DNA of 64,000 nucleotides from Eledone cirrhosa (Eukaryota): NCBI GenBank assembly GCA_964016885.1, contig OZ024760.1, positions 14,260,001 to 14,324,000 of the forward strand, read 5' to 3'. Shown piece by piece: positions 1 to 12,282 of this stretch (position 1 is its first letter; each line of letters starts with the position of its first letter). The notes under the pieces were generated by a model. It saw only the letters and a program-made list of their open reading frames with translations, ran no database searches and was not told where the DNA came from. The position numbers and the translations under genes were made by a program.

Positions 1-103
1 ACTCTTATGACCATCTTTTATATATATACTCCAGTTCTACCAACTGTTGAGTGCTACTTATCTGATATATGCATAGTTTTATTGTTCTACAATATTACTC
101 ACC

Positions 104-170
<67 letters not shown>

Positions 171-549
171 TTTACATAGGCTCAGTTACTTCTATCCTGT
201 ATGTATACAAATATAACTTTACCATATGCTTTGGCTGTTTAGTGCACAACTTTATATATATATATATAAACATGAAAAAACACAGGTAAACAACACAGAA
301 AACTTTGCGCCCCTCATCAGCTGCCCAATGTTCCATGGAATGGAGACATAGAGACGTTACTTGGGATAAGGATAAGGAAACCAACCATCACTAAAACTAT
401 CTCTGTATCTTAAATTATATACTTTCAGTTTGTGTAAAGGTCTTAAAAGATTATTTACCTAGAAGATACAACAACAACAACAACAACAACAAATGCATGA
501 CACTTTAAGTGCACTTAGAGTGCATGGATTGCTTGATTACACATGCATA

Positions 550-605
<56 letters not shown>

Positions 606-659
606 CACACCCACATGTAGGCGTATGTATACATATACAGGGTTAGTACAAATATATCA

Positions 660-699
<40 letters not shown>

Positions 700-950
700 A
701 TTAACTGCAAGATTAAGTTTCCAGGCAGTTAAGTAATGATGTTATTTATAAATCATAATGAAAATATTCTCGGATATACTATAAACCATATAATGTGTGT
801 GTATACATATGCATATGTATACATGCTCATACACACACACATACACGTATGTATATATGTACATATAAATACATGCTCTTACACACACTTATGTCTATAT
901 GTACATATATATGTACAATGTGTACCATAAAAAGCAGAATTTAACATTCA

Positions 951-1132
951 GGCAGTATCGGTAGAGGGTCGGACGCCATGCTTTAGCGCATAGAGTTACG
1001 GCCCTTTCCATTCAGAGTTCAAATCCCGCCGAGGTTAACTTTGCCTTTCATCCTTACGGGGGTCGATAAAATAAAGTACCAGTAATGCACTGGGTAATTG
1101 CTGGCCTTGTGCCAAAAGTAGTAACAATTATT
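951..1132 (+). mobile_element. tRNA-derived SINE, family A (Meta-domain-like core)
   Basis: A-box-like TGGCAGTATCGG, B-box GAGTTCAAATCC, core GCCTTTCATCCTTACGGGGTCGATAAAATAAAGTACCAG, AT-rich tail; at least 10 similar copies in the window. Confidence 0.85.
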
Positions 1133-1344
1133 TATAGTATATATGAGAGAGAAAGAGAAAGTGAGAGTGAGTGTGTATGTATGTGTGTGTATGTGTGTGT
1201 ATGCAGAGGGGTTGTGTGTTAGTGTGAGTTGGTGGTGTGTGGTTGTATGGGAAAGCAATGAGGCTGTGTAGTTGTGTGTGGTGGATAGAAGCATTTTTTT
1301 CTCCAAATAATGTTATTGCAAGTGTGGCTACGCTCCTGAACCTT

Positions 1345-1661
1345 CAGGTTCTGAGTTCAAATCCCACTAAGGATAGCTTTGCCTTTCATCCTTACATGGT
1401 TGATAACATAAAGTACCAGTAATGCACTGGGATCGATTTAATCGACTTTCCCCTACCTCCAAATTGTTGGTCATTAGAGTGTCCAAAGGATTAGCAATAT
1501 ATGTTTCAGCTCTTTACATTCTGAGTTCAAATCTCCCTGAGATTAACTTTACCTTTCAACCTTACAGGGTTGATAAAATAAAGTACCAGTCATGTACTGG
1601 GGTAGATTTAATCGACTTTCCCCTCCCCCAAAATTGCTGACCTTGTGCTTAAATCAGACAC

Positions 1662-1699
<38 letters not shown>

Positions 1700-2175
1700 G
1701 AGCAATGGGTTGGCAATATCAATAGAGTGTTGGACAACATGCTTTGTGGCATAGAGTTACAACCCATTACATTCTGAGTTCAAATCCTACTGAGGTTAGC
1801 TTTGCCTTTCATGCATACAAGGTTGATAAAATAAAGTACCAGTAACACACTGGGGTTGATTTAATCAACTCTCCCCTACCCATAAAATTGGTGAAATTAT
1901 GGCTAAATCAGAAAGTATTATTATCATTATTATTATTTTTCTTCTTCAAGACTGGTCGATTGGCAGAATCGTTAGAGTGTCAGACCAAATATTTATGTTC
2001 TGAATTCAAATCCCTCAGAGGTCAACTTTGCTTTTCATCCTGCTAGGACACTTCCATGGGAATGGCAGGTGTGTGTGCATGTGGTGGGGGTCAATTTAAT
2101 CAACTTTTCCCTCCACCACCACCACCACTGCCACCAAAATTTACTGGCTTTCTGCCTAAGATAGAAACCATTGTG
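1345..2175 (+). mobile_element. Head-to-tail cluster of ~4 diverged family-A-related SINE copies
   Basis: TTCTGAGTTCAAATC...TTTGCCTTTCATCC repeats at ~1349, ~1519, ~1772, ~1998; variant tail GATTTAATCGACTTTCCC...AAATTG. Confidence 0.75.
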
Positions 2176-2633
2176 TTATTATTCCTTTTTCGTTTGTTTT
2201 TTGTTTGTTTCTTCATTTTTGGTCAAATTTTCTAAATTTAGCCATTTTATGAGCTGTTTGGAGCCATAAAAGACAGTCACAGTTCTATCAATGTTTCCAA
2301 AACATATAAGTAGAATTTATCTTATCTCTGAAATAATGATATCGCCAGTTGTAACAACAACATCAACAACAACATCAACTGTCTTGTACAGATTATTAAA
2401 AAATAACTGTTTCTACAGCAATTACCCAGTACATTACTGGTACTTTATTTAGATTATTAAAAAATAACATTACAGGATTAGTCATGGAAGCTATCCTTTT
2501 ATCCTTTTAATATTTTAAGGTCTAACGAATGTGTCTATCTATATCTGTATCTATATATTTGCATAATCATCATCATCATCATATATGAAATGAAAGTTTA
2601 AACAAGGATTATTAATAAAGTATTTATATATAT

Positions 2634-2722
2634 ATATCAATGATATTAATAAATGGAAACAATATTTATAAAACCATATATATTTTATAAATATTGTTTC
2701 CATTTATTAATATCATTGATAT
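2634..2722. repeat. Perfect inverted repeat, 40-bp arms, 9-bp spacer
   Basis: ATATCAATGATATTAATAAATGGAAACAATATTTATAAAA and its exact reverse complement at 2683-2722. Confidence 0.9.
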
Positions 2723-2869
2723 TATACTCCAGAAAACCTGTAGAGTGCTTCGAATCTGTTTTAAATAAATTTGTTGAATAACCAACAAATTAAATATCTC
2801 TTTACTTATATATATATATACATATACATACATACACATTCTTCGGATTTCAGCGTTCACATTTATTAC

Positions 2870-2914
<45 letters not shown>

Positions 2915-3061
2915 TATATATATCATCATCATCGTTTTAAGTCTGCTTTTCCTTGCTATCAAGGGTGGGACATATATATATAGCAGAGTGTGGTAATATG
3001 AAAAAGCCAGGACCCCGACGGCTGAGCTCTTGCAGTTTCAACAGCTAGTTCCGACTCTTTC

Positions 3062-3212
3062 ATGTGGTTGGTGTTAGGAAGACCATCCAGCCGTAGAAAA
3101 CCAGCCCAAAACACCCCTATATGAGAAAGACACCCGACACAACTTGCCTCTAAATGGGACCCTTCTAACCCATGCTAGCATGGAAGATGGACGTTAATTG
3201 ATGATGATGATA
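3062..3212 (+). mobile_element. SINE family C 3' part with (GAT)n tail
   Basis: GGTTGGTGTTAGGAAG..CATCCAGCCGTAGAAAA...AACCCATGCTAGCATGGAAGATGGACGTTAA(TGA)n; recurs at ~4750, 18940(-), 21700(-), 29950(-), 33385(-), 33932, 35350, 40640(-), 47320. Confidence 0.75.
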
Positions 3213-3263
3213 AATATATTTGTTCAATGAAAATGGGATGGTCTAAAGTAACTGCCTTTCGTT

Positions 3264-3460
3264 GGATTGGCAGTATCGGTAGAAGGCGGGCCATGCTTTG
3301 CAGCAAAGAGTTACGGCCCTTTATGGTCTGAGTTCAAATCCCGCCGAGGTTCACTTTGCCTTTCATCCTTACGGGGTCGATAAAATAAAGTACCAGTAAT
3401 ACACTGGGATAATTGTTGGCCTTTGCCAAAAGTAGAAACAACTATTATTATTATTATTAT
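3264..3460 (+). mobile_element. SINE family A
   Basis: Near full-length match to the family A copies; (ATT)n tail. Confidence 0.85.
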
Positions 3461-4204
3461 ATATATATAGCAACAGGGAAATGAGACATTAAATGTTGTT
3501 GATGATGGTGATGATGATATACTACTACTACAACTTTATATGGCTGGTTTGAACAGAAAGAGGTGAGAGAATTCTGGCCGGATATGGCTGGTTTGAACAG
3601 AAAGAGGTGCAAGAATTCTGGCCGGATATGGCTGGTTTAAATGCTAAAGGGTTAAGGGCCTTTTATCATACCTTACCCTTTGTGTTCTGAGTTCAAATCC
3701 CAGCAAGTTAACTTTGCCTTTCATCCTTCCAATATTGATATAATTGACTTTTTCCTTCTCAGAAAACAAGGAGGGTTGGTCAGCCAAGAATGACCACTTC
3801 TGACCATTGAAAGGTCAAGTAATTGACTATCTCTCTGCATGAGTGTGTCAGTTAAATACATATTAATTACACTTACATACACACATACACAAATATTTAG
3901 AAACATATATATAATCAAATCACACACACCCACACACAGATATATAGAAATACATATACACAATCAAAACACACAAAATACACACAGACACACCCAAACA
4001 GATGCACACACACACATATATATGCAAATACATATACAAGCAAAGCATAAACACACAGACAAATATATAAATACAGATATGTATTGGAATTTCGTATTTC
4101 TAAAGAAATATGGTAGGTTTATAAATAAACATTTAGAAAGCTGTAGATATGCAAAAACATTGGCAGCTATCGCCACCTCGTGGTGTCCAGCAGAAGCAAG
4201 GGGG

Positions 4205-4252
4205 ACAATCGTTGATGCATTTCGAACTGAACTGGTACTCATCAGGATCATT
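4205..4252 (-). ncRNA. Candidate minimal hammerhead ribozyme
   Basis: Minus strand CTGATGA-gtac cagttca gttc-GAAA-tgca-TC; palindromic stem III ATGCAT; stem II has one mismatch and stem I is weak. Confidence 0.45.
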
Positions 4253-4319
4253 CCTCCCGCTCTTGCAACTGCTGTACTTGAAAACTGGCAAGAATATATG
4301 GTTTTCTTGTCTATTCAAG

Positions 4320-4610
4320 CAAAGCACACATACACACACACTCAAAGAGATGCACACATACACACACTCAAAGAGATGCACACACACGCACATACTCAAA
4401 GAGATGCACACACATACGCACAGACATAAAGAGATGCACACACACACACACATTCAAAGAGATGCACACACACAAACACACCCACGCACATTCAAAGAGA
4501 TGTACATGCACAAACACACGCACCCACACACACACACACATTCAAAGAGATGCACAAACACAAACACACACTCAAAGATAAACACACACACACACACACA
4601 CACAGAAATA
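4320..4610 (+). repeat. CA-rich minisatellite, unit ~CACACACTCAAAGAGATGCA
   Basis: Core TCAAAGAGATG repeated about 8 times. Confidence 0.85.
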
Positions 4611-4889
4611 TGTAGCAATAACCTATATAAGCAAATCAGACCAACACACACACACCACATATAGAAATACACCACCACATGTTGGCCTCACATGTAACCC
4701 CGTATTGAGTCCTGCTGCCATTGTAAAATACACCCAGTACATCCTGTAAAGTGGCTGGCATTAGGAAGGGTATCCAGCCATAGCAACCATACCATATATG
4801 GAATATGTGAATAAGAAGAGGTCACTGTGACTGATATGATCCCAGACCATGACAACACATCAAACACATGAGAGAGCATGGAAAGGTGG

Positions 4890-5925
4890 CCTGATGATGA
4901 TGATGATGGTGGTTGTGATGGTTGTGGTGATGGTGGTGATGGTGGTGGTGGTGGTGGTGGTGATGGTGGTGGTGGTGATGGTGATGGTGATGGTTGTGGT
5001 GATGGTTGTGGTGATGGTGGTGGTGGTGATGGTGGTGGTGATGGTGGTGGTGATGGTTGTGGTGATGGTTGTGGTGATGGTGATGAGGATGGTTGTGGTG
5101 GTGATGGTGGTGGTGGTGGTGGTGGTGGTGGTGGTGGTGATGGTTGTGGTGATGGTTGTGGTGATGGTGGTGGTGATGGTGGTGGTGATGGTGATGAGGA
5201 TGGTTGTGGTGATGGTGGTGATGGTGATGAGGATGGTGGTGGTGATGGTGGTGGTGATGGTGATGATGAGGATGGTTGTGGTGGTGATGATGATGATGGT
5301 GGTGATGATGGTGATGATGATGGCAGTGGTAATGGTAGTGGGGGTGATAATGGTGATGATGATGATGGCAGTGGTGGTGGTGATAACGGTGGTGATAATG
5401 ATGAGGATGCTAATAGTGGTGATGGTGATAACGATGGTTAGGGTGATGGTGATAATGATGGTTAGGGTGGTGGTGATAATGATGGTTAGGGTGGTGGTGA
5501 TAATGATGGTTAGGGTGGTGATGATAATGGTTAGGGTGGTGAGGATGGTAATGGTTAGGGTGGTGAGGGTGGTAATGGTTAGGGTGGTGATGGTGGTAAT
5601 GGTTAGGGTGGTGATGATAATGGTTAGGGTGGTGAGGATGATAATGGTTAGGGTGGTGAGGATGATAATGGTTAGGGTGGTGAGGATGGTAATGGTTAGG
5701 GTGGTGAGGATGGTAATGGTTAGGGTGGTGAGGGTGGTAATGATTAGGGTGGTGATGATAATGGTTAGGGTGGTGAGGATGGTAATGGTTAGGGTGGTGA
5801 GGATGGTAATGGTTAGGGTGGTGATGATAATGGTTAGGGTGGTGAGGATGATAATGGTGGTGATGGTGACTATGATGGTGATGGTGACTATGATGGTGAT
5901 GGTGACTATGATGGTGATGATGATA
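4890..5925 (+). repeat. (GGT/GAT)n triplet array grading into a TTAGGG-containing 21-24 bp minisatellite
   Basis: From ~5436, unit ATGGTTAGGGTGGTGAGGATGGTA/ATA repeated ~18 times. Confidence 0.9.
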
Positions 5926-7011
5926 TATATGAAATATTTGAAATGGAATACATTACAAGTATATTTATTAAATATCATCTCAAATGCATTAAACAGGGAA
6001 CAGGTTATGTCAGTCATATTGATTAGATATCAATATAATACTGTGATAGGTGATATATATATATATATTCATTCACATATATATTCACGTATATCTATAT
6101 ATACATATATATATACAAACACATATTCACATATCGATATATACATATATATATACACACACATATATTCACATATCGATATATATATATATACACACAC
6201 ATATATATATTCACATATCTATATATATATATACATGTATTCTCTCCTATATATACATATATACACACAATATATATATATATAGACACACACATATATA
6301 TATACACACACACTCAGACACACACATATATATATACATACATATACACACACAAAACCTAAGGTATCACTCTAATAATGTAAGCTAAACAACACAAGGA
6401 GTCAATGTGATTAACTTAAGAGGCTTTCTATTGAAACAGGAATAATTTGTGGTTTTTCTCTTCCATATACACATATTCATTGCTAAATGTATTTCCTGTG
6501 ATGGTGCAATAGGTCACGTAACCAGAGAATTATTTGTTGCGTTAGCATAAATGATTAGTTGTATCCAGAACGATGCAGTAATATGGAGAAAGTAATATGG
6601 AGAAAGTAGTAGATAAAGTATTTAGTCAGAGGTTATTTTTGTTCAGCGATAGGTCAACCTTAATATTCATCCCTTTCCTTATCACATTTCTAATGAAAGA
6701 CGCTGCCCATGGTTTTCAAACAGTTTTGAAAATAATCAAGTATTTGGAGAGATTTAGAAATAAATCTAACTTTCTCATTATTAAACTTCTGTTTGGAACA
6801 TAACTTAATAAATGTTCTCAGATGAAACCATGCGAGAAGGCTTTTAGATAGATATAAACACTTTAACCCTTTACATTATTCTATATTTACTATTGTATTT
6901 TCATGGTAAATGATTTACCTCACATAATATCTTACCTATGAGATTTTGATATTATTTACTTTGAAAACAATACCTTAACATCAGTATGAGCGGCCAGTTA
7001 GGACTGATTTC

Positions 7012-7392
7012 AACAGACTTGGTAAACACCCTCAAAATTATTAACCATCTTGCCAACAACAACCCTGAGTACCTTTTTGATTTCCATGTGTCTAACACAC
7101 GTGGACATGACCACAAAGTCAGAAAACAGCACAGTTCCCATGACTTTCGGAAACATTTTTTCACGCTCAGAGTTGCTGAAGCATGGAACAAACTACCTGC
7201 ATCAGTTGTTAGCTGTCGAGACACTGCATCCTTTAAAATCTCCATGCTTCCTGAGATTTGCCAACACTACACCTAATATTCCCCCTCCATACACACACAC
7301 ACATGTATTTCAGGACTCATACGTTATTCACTATGTACTATACATGCACCTTTGATGAGTTGTAGTGCACCTGAGCACTGTACACAATAATT

Positions 7393-7420
<28 letters not shown>
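7012..7420 (+). mobile_element. 5'-truncated CR1/L2-group LINE 3' end
   Basis: Translation TDLVNTLKIINHL...NTRGHDHKVRKQH...RKHFFTLRVAEAWNKLPASVV..SFK matches the CR1/L2-type RT C-terminus (TRGH, FF..RV..WN.LP); 3' UTR ends in (ATT)n. Confidence 0.85.
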
Positions 7421-7423
<3 letters not shown>

Positions 7424-7429
7424 AGAAAG

Positions 7430-7620
7430 GGCAGTGAATTGGCAGTATCGGTAGAGGGTCGGACGCCATGTTTTGACGCATAGAGTTACGGCCCTTGCCA
7501 TTCTGAGTTCAAATCCCGCCGAGGTTAACTTTGCCTTTCATCCTTATGGGGTTGATAAAATAAAGTACCAGTAATACACTGGGTTATTTCTGGCCTTGTG
7601 CCAAAAGTAGAAACATTTAT
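7430..7620 (+). mobile_element. SINE family A with target-site duplication
   Basis: Full-length copy; TATTATTATAGAAAG on both sides. Confidence 0.88.
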
Positions 7621-8056
7621 TATTATTATAGAAAGAGGTGAGAGAATTCTGGCCAGATACAGCCGCTTTAAATGATAAAGGGTTAACCCATTTTTTCTAT
7701 ATTTCTGCTTATAATTTTTAACTAATTTTGAAAATAATCAAGAAATTTGGAGGGATTTAATAATATAATTAACTTTCTCATACTAAATTGGTGTTTAGTA
7801 TATAAATAAAATTATGATAGGTTCTTAGATAAATATAAGTATTTTAACCCCTTTATCACTACATTTCTAATGAAAGATGCTGCCTATTTTAAAACAATTT
7901 TGAAAATAACCAAGAATTTGTCGGGATCTACTAATATAACAAATTTGCTCATTACTAAATTGGTGTTTGGAATATAACTTAATAAAGGTTCTTAGATAAA
8001 ATCATGAGGGACTGCTTTTAGATAAATATAAACACTTTAACCCTTTCTATATCATA

Positions 8057-8215
8057 TTTCCTGGGTATGACATTAAACTGCATCCAGTGGCGCGGCTTCA
8101 GTTTGAGAGTTCAGGAGCTGTGGGGAATGTGAAATTACCCCTTAGTTTGTTATCACTCCCATGTCTGCTCTAGCCCAGAGTACTGATAGGGCCCCATTTA
8201 TGGGTTAACTAATTA
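8057..8215 (+). mobile_element. Fragment of another interspersed repeat (probable SINE)
   Basis: TATGACATTAAACTGCATC...TGGGGAATGTG...AGGGCCCCATTTATGGGT resembles a common octopus repeat as I recall it; single copy here. Confidence 0.4.
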
Positions 8216-8614
8216 CCTTACTCGTCTGGCGTCGGTAAGGTATTATCAACCATTGAAAAGAACCCACTTTAGATATATTTCTAATGAAACACATTGCCTA
8301 TGATATTCAAATCATTTTGAAAATAATCAAAAATTTGAAGGGATTTTGTACAATGAATAACTTTCTGGTTATTATTTTGTGGAAAAATAAATTGGGTGAG
8401 GGGGTTGTTACAGGGATTAAGTGTAGAGGCCATGACATGTTGAAGTTTCAAGTATTTAGAGGTCAAAGGGTTAAATTGGAGATCAAACATCTAGTTTATA
8501 GTATAGTAGATTCACTAAGAAGTGACTATGGAACATCACGCAACCAATCTCAAGCGAAGAATGGTATGAATTTTAGCCAATAATAGCTATTGGCTACAGA
8601 ACTACGGGTCCTAT

Positions 8615-8722
8615 TCAGCACAACATCTCTCCATTTGTCACGGCCGTCATCTCCTCCGTGACCTTCAGCGATCTGAGGTCTGCTCTCAGCACCTCCGCCC
8701 ATGTTTTTCGTGGTCTTCCTCT
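8615..8722 (-). mobile_element. RTE-clade LINE 3' coding remnant
   Basis: Minus-strand translation RGRPRKTWAEVLRADLRSLKVTEEMT..RDKWR (RGRP..W / DR..W motif). Confidence 0.75.
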
Positions 8723-9296
8723 CTCTCTATATATATAGGCAGAATCATTGGAGCACTGGACAAACTGTTTCCTGACATTTATTCAGTTTTTTTTTACATA
8801 CTGAGTTCAAATCTTGCTGAGGTTTAGGTGGTTTAGTATCAAAAGGGATAATTTATTTAAATATTGTGTATATCATTTTTATTATGGCAAGGAAAGGGTT
8901 TATAAACACATTTGTTTATTGGAATTGCTTCTTAAGCAATTTTTTTTATTTAGTTAAAAATAAGAGGGCAAAAACCTATATAGGAAGGAAGCTATGAAGA
9001 TACCAGAGACTACTGTGAAATATTTGTGTGTCTGTGTGTGTGTGTGTTATATATATAGCAAGTTAGTAAAGTGTGTGTGTATATATATATATTTACACAC
9101 ACTTTACTAACATTATTAGAGCAAACATCACGGGCGCTCTATCTCAAAATTATTTTTGAAAAGCATTAGAAATGCGCAACCGGTAAAACTTAAAACCAAA
9201 ACTGAATACTAACCAATACTATTACTAATTTTTACTTATTCCTAATTAAACTATTTTTCACTGGGAACAATTTGTCAGCATTTTCTTTTCCGTTTA

Positions 9297-9338
<42 letters not shown>

Positions 9339-9904
9339 CATACATACATACAGGATAGGGGGGGGGGGGAGATTGAGAAGAGAGAGAAGGAAAGAGATGG
9401 AGGGGAAGAGAGGAGAGAGGGAGGAAGAGGGGAGAGAGATGGAAGAGGGGAGAGATGGAGGGAGAGAGGGGGAGAGAAATGAGAGAGAGGGAAGGAGAGG
9501 GGGGATAAAATGAGAGGGGGGAGAAAGAGGGGTGTGTGATACAGAGAGGGCGAGGGGATGGGAGAGGGGAGAGGGGAGAGAGAAGGGTTGGTAGGGGAAC
9601 AGGAAGGGAGTGTGTGGGTAAGAGGGAGAGGGTAGGTTGAGGAAAATTGCCAAATTTCTTCGACTACCCTGGCACATACTAACCACCAGAGATAATAATT
9701 AAAATTCACCATTGAACTAAATTGTAAGTTTTCCTGAATTAAATGTGACAGCAAGCTTTTTACAGATATTTCCCCAGTGTATTGTATATGTCATTTATAA
9801 AATATAATGACCTTAATTTGACACATGTTTTCTATTTTTTGGTGCTGGGTAATTACCCCTGGGTAATTTCCCTCTGTCATTAATACTTTGAACCAGCTAT
9901 CATG

Positions 9905-10092
9905 GTGTTCCAGTACCAACAATATTTGACTATATTCTACTAACCTGGTATTCCAGTACCAACAATGTGTGACTATATCCCACCATTACCAATATTCCAG
10001 TACCAACAATGTGTGACTATATCTCACCATTACCAATATTCCAGTACCAACAATATTGACTATACCCCCACCATGACCAATCCAAGTACCAA
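9905..10092 (+). repeat. ~44-bp minisatellite, ~4 copies
   Basis: TTCCAGTACCAACAAT at 9908, 9951, 9995, 10039. Confidence 0.85.
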
Positions 10093-10253
10093 TTTCCAAA
10101 TTCTTGATTATTTTTCAAAATAATTTGAAAATAATTAGTTAGTTTGTTTCATTAGAAATATGTTGCCAAAAGAGTTAATAAGAAGTTATAGATGTAAAAG
10201 GTAAACAGAAATAACAAAACAAACAACACAGTACAATGAAGAAATATATTAGT

Positions 10254-10577
10254 TTAACCCTTTAGTATTTACATTACTCTATATTTACTATTGTATTTTC
10301 ATGGTAAGCACTTTATCTTACAATTATCTCACATAATATCGAATCTACGACATTTCGATATTATTTATTTTTAGGACAATACCTTAACATAAGTATGAGT
10401 AGCCGGTTATGGCTGGTCTAAACAGACACATAGTTTCAAATCTATGAGATTTTGATATTATTTATTTTGAGAACAACACCTTAACATCAGTATGAGTAGC
10501 CGGTTACAGCCGGTTTGAACAGAAAGAGGTGAGAGAATTCTGGCTGGATACAGCCAGTTTAAATGCAAAAGAGTTAA
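10254..10577 (+). mobile_element. MITE family B with internal duplication
   Basis: TTAACCCTTTAGTATTTAC ... TTTAAATGCAAAAGAGTTAA; internal ~95-bp segment duplicated. Confidence 0.8.
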
Positions 10578-10731
10578 TGCCTGAAATGATAGGAAAAGAG
10601 TAAGTAATAAGTTAGCTATATTACTAAATCCGTCTAAATTCTCAATTATTTTGTAAAATAATTTGAAAATAATAGCCAATGTGTTTCATTGGAAATACAG
10701 TAAAGAGCGAGTTAAGCAACAACAACAACAA

Positions 10732-10773
<42 letters not shown>

Positions 10774-11024
10774 CAGCAACAACAACAACATCAGTAATTA
10801 CATAATACATAGTCCACTATTCTACACAGAAATACAGCAATGGAAACTACATAGTTATTTAGCTCTTTGGTTTGTTTTAGCCATTACTACGGCTAAGGCT
10901 ATTATAGGATTATTGATCACCGAATCAATAACTTGTGATAGCGCATTCCATTGGTTCTTGGAACTCGATTGATTTTATGTTGTTTTGTTTTTCTGAACAT
11001 TGGCACATGGCCAGATATATATGT

Positions 11025-11055
<31 letters not shown>

Positions 11056-11160
11056 TATGTGTGTGTGTGTGTGTGTATAAGTGTGTGTGTGTGTGTGGGT
11101 GTGTGTGTGAATAGGTGTGGGTGGGTAGGTGTGGGTGGGTAGGTGTGTGTGTGTATAAGT

Positions 11161-11570
11161 GTGGTGCTTCAGCATGGCCACAGTCTAATTACTGAACCCA
11201 GTGAGAAAGAGTAAAAGAATGTGGTGCTCCAGCATGGCCACAGTCTAATGATAAAAACCAGTGAAAAGATAAAAGAATGTAGTGCTCCAGCAGGGCCACA
11301 GTCTAATGACATAAACCAATGAAAGAATATAAAAGAATGTGGTGCCCCAGCATGGCCAGAGTCAAATGACAAACCAGTGAAAAAGAGAGACAAGAATGTG
11401 GTGCTCCAGCATGGCCACAGTCTAATAATAAACACCAGTGAAAGAATATAAAAGAATGTGGTGCCCCAGCAAGGCCACAGTTAAATGACAAACCAGTGAA
11501 AAAGAGTAAAAGAATGTGTGTGGTGCTCCAGCATGGCCACAGTCTAATGACAGAAACCAGTGAGCAGAAA
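11161..11570 (+). repeat. ~60-bp tandem array (7 units) derived from a SINE-like tail
   Basis: Unit GTGGTGCTCCAGCATGGCCACAGTCTAATGAC..AAACCAGTGAAAAGAATAAAAGAAT; solo copies at ~34640, ~55890, ~27050(-), ~38280(-). Confidence 0.85.
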
Positions 11571-12089
11571 ATAACAGACATAAGACTTATTGATTTCTAA
11601 GTGTTACCCCCCAGGGGCCCAGTACTTCCAGCAAGGCTTATAAAATGGGGTGTAGAGTGGTTGTGGGAGTGAGGCTGAGCAAATTCCATATTATTTAGGC
11701 TGTTACCCCTCTCCAAACCCTTCTATTTTGCATATGTCTTGACAGGTAAATCCCTTAAGAACCCTACAATTACCTGATAAACACAGTGAGAAAGAATATC
11801 TTCTTTTCTCTGTAGTTTATAGTCTTGACGTATATGCAGATATTGGCGGCCATCTTAGTCAGCAATCTTCATTTTTTCTTTCATTACTCTCTCTCACTGT
11901 GTCTGTCCGCGTGTGTCTGTCTGTCTCTCTCCTCTCTCTCTCTGATTGTCTGTCTGTCTCTGTCTCTCTCTGTTTGTCTGTCTCTCTCCCTCCCTCCCTC
12001 TTTGCCCATCTCTCTTTCCCCATTTCTTTATCTATTCCGATATCTATATATGTGTCTCTTAAGCCCAAACTGTGTCTCTCACTCTCTCC

Positions 12090-12233
12090 CTATATATATA
12101 TATATTCAAAGATATATATACACATATATATATATATATATATATATACAAACACACATACACATGTATATTTATATGTATACATATATATATATACATA
12201 CATGCACATGAGTATATATATATATACATACAC

Positions 12234-12282
<49 letters not shown>

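Larger units (their letters stand above)
6863..7686 (+). mobile_element. TTAA-flanked piggyBac-type MITE (family B), interrupted by a LINE and a SINE
   Basis: TTAACCCTTT at 6863; MITE body to ~7017; resumes AGAAAGAGGTGAGAGAATTCTGG at ~7630; ends AAAGGGTTAA. Confidence 0.8.

Noticed and set aside
295-325. CTGATGAGGGG on the minus strand
   Set aside because: No stem II partner or GAAA; at most a deleted hammerhead
4849-6285. 478-aa Val/Met-rich ORF and overlapping Gly/Asp and Thr/Ile ORFs
   Set aside because: Triplet repeats open in several frames on both strands; no domain signal or splice support
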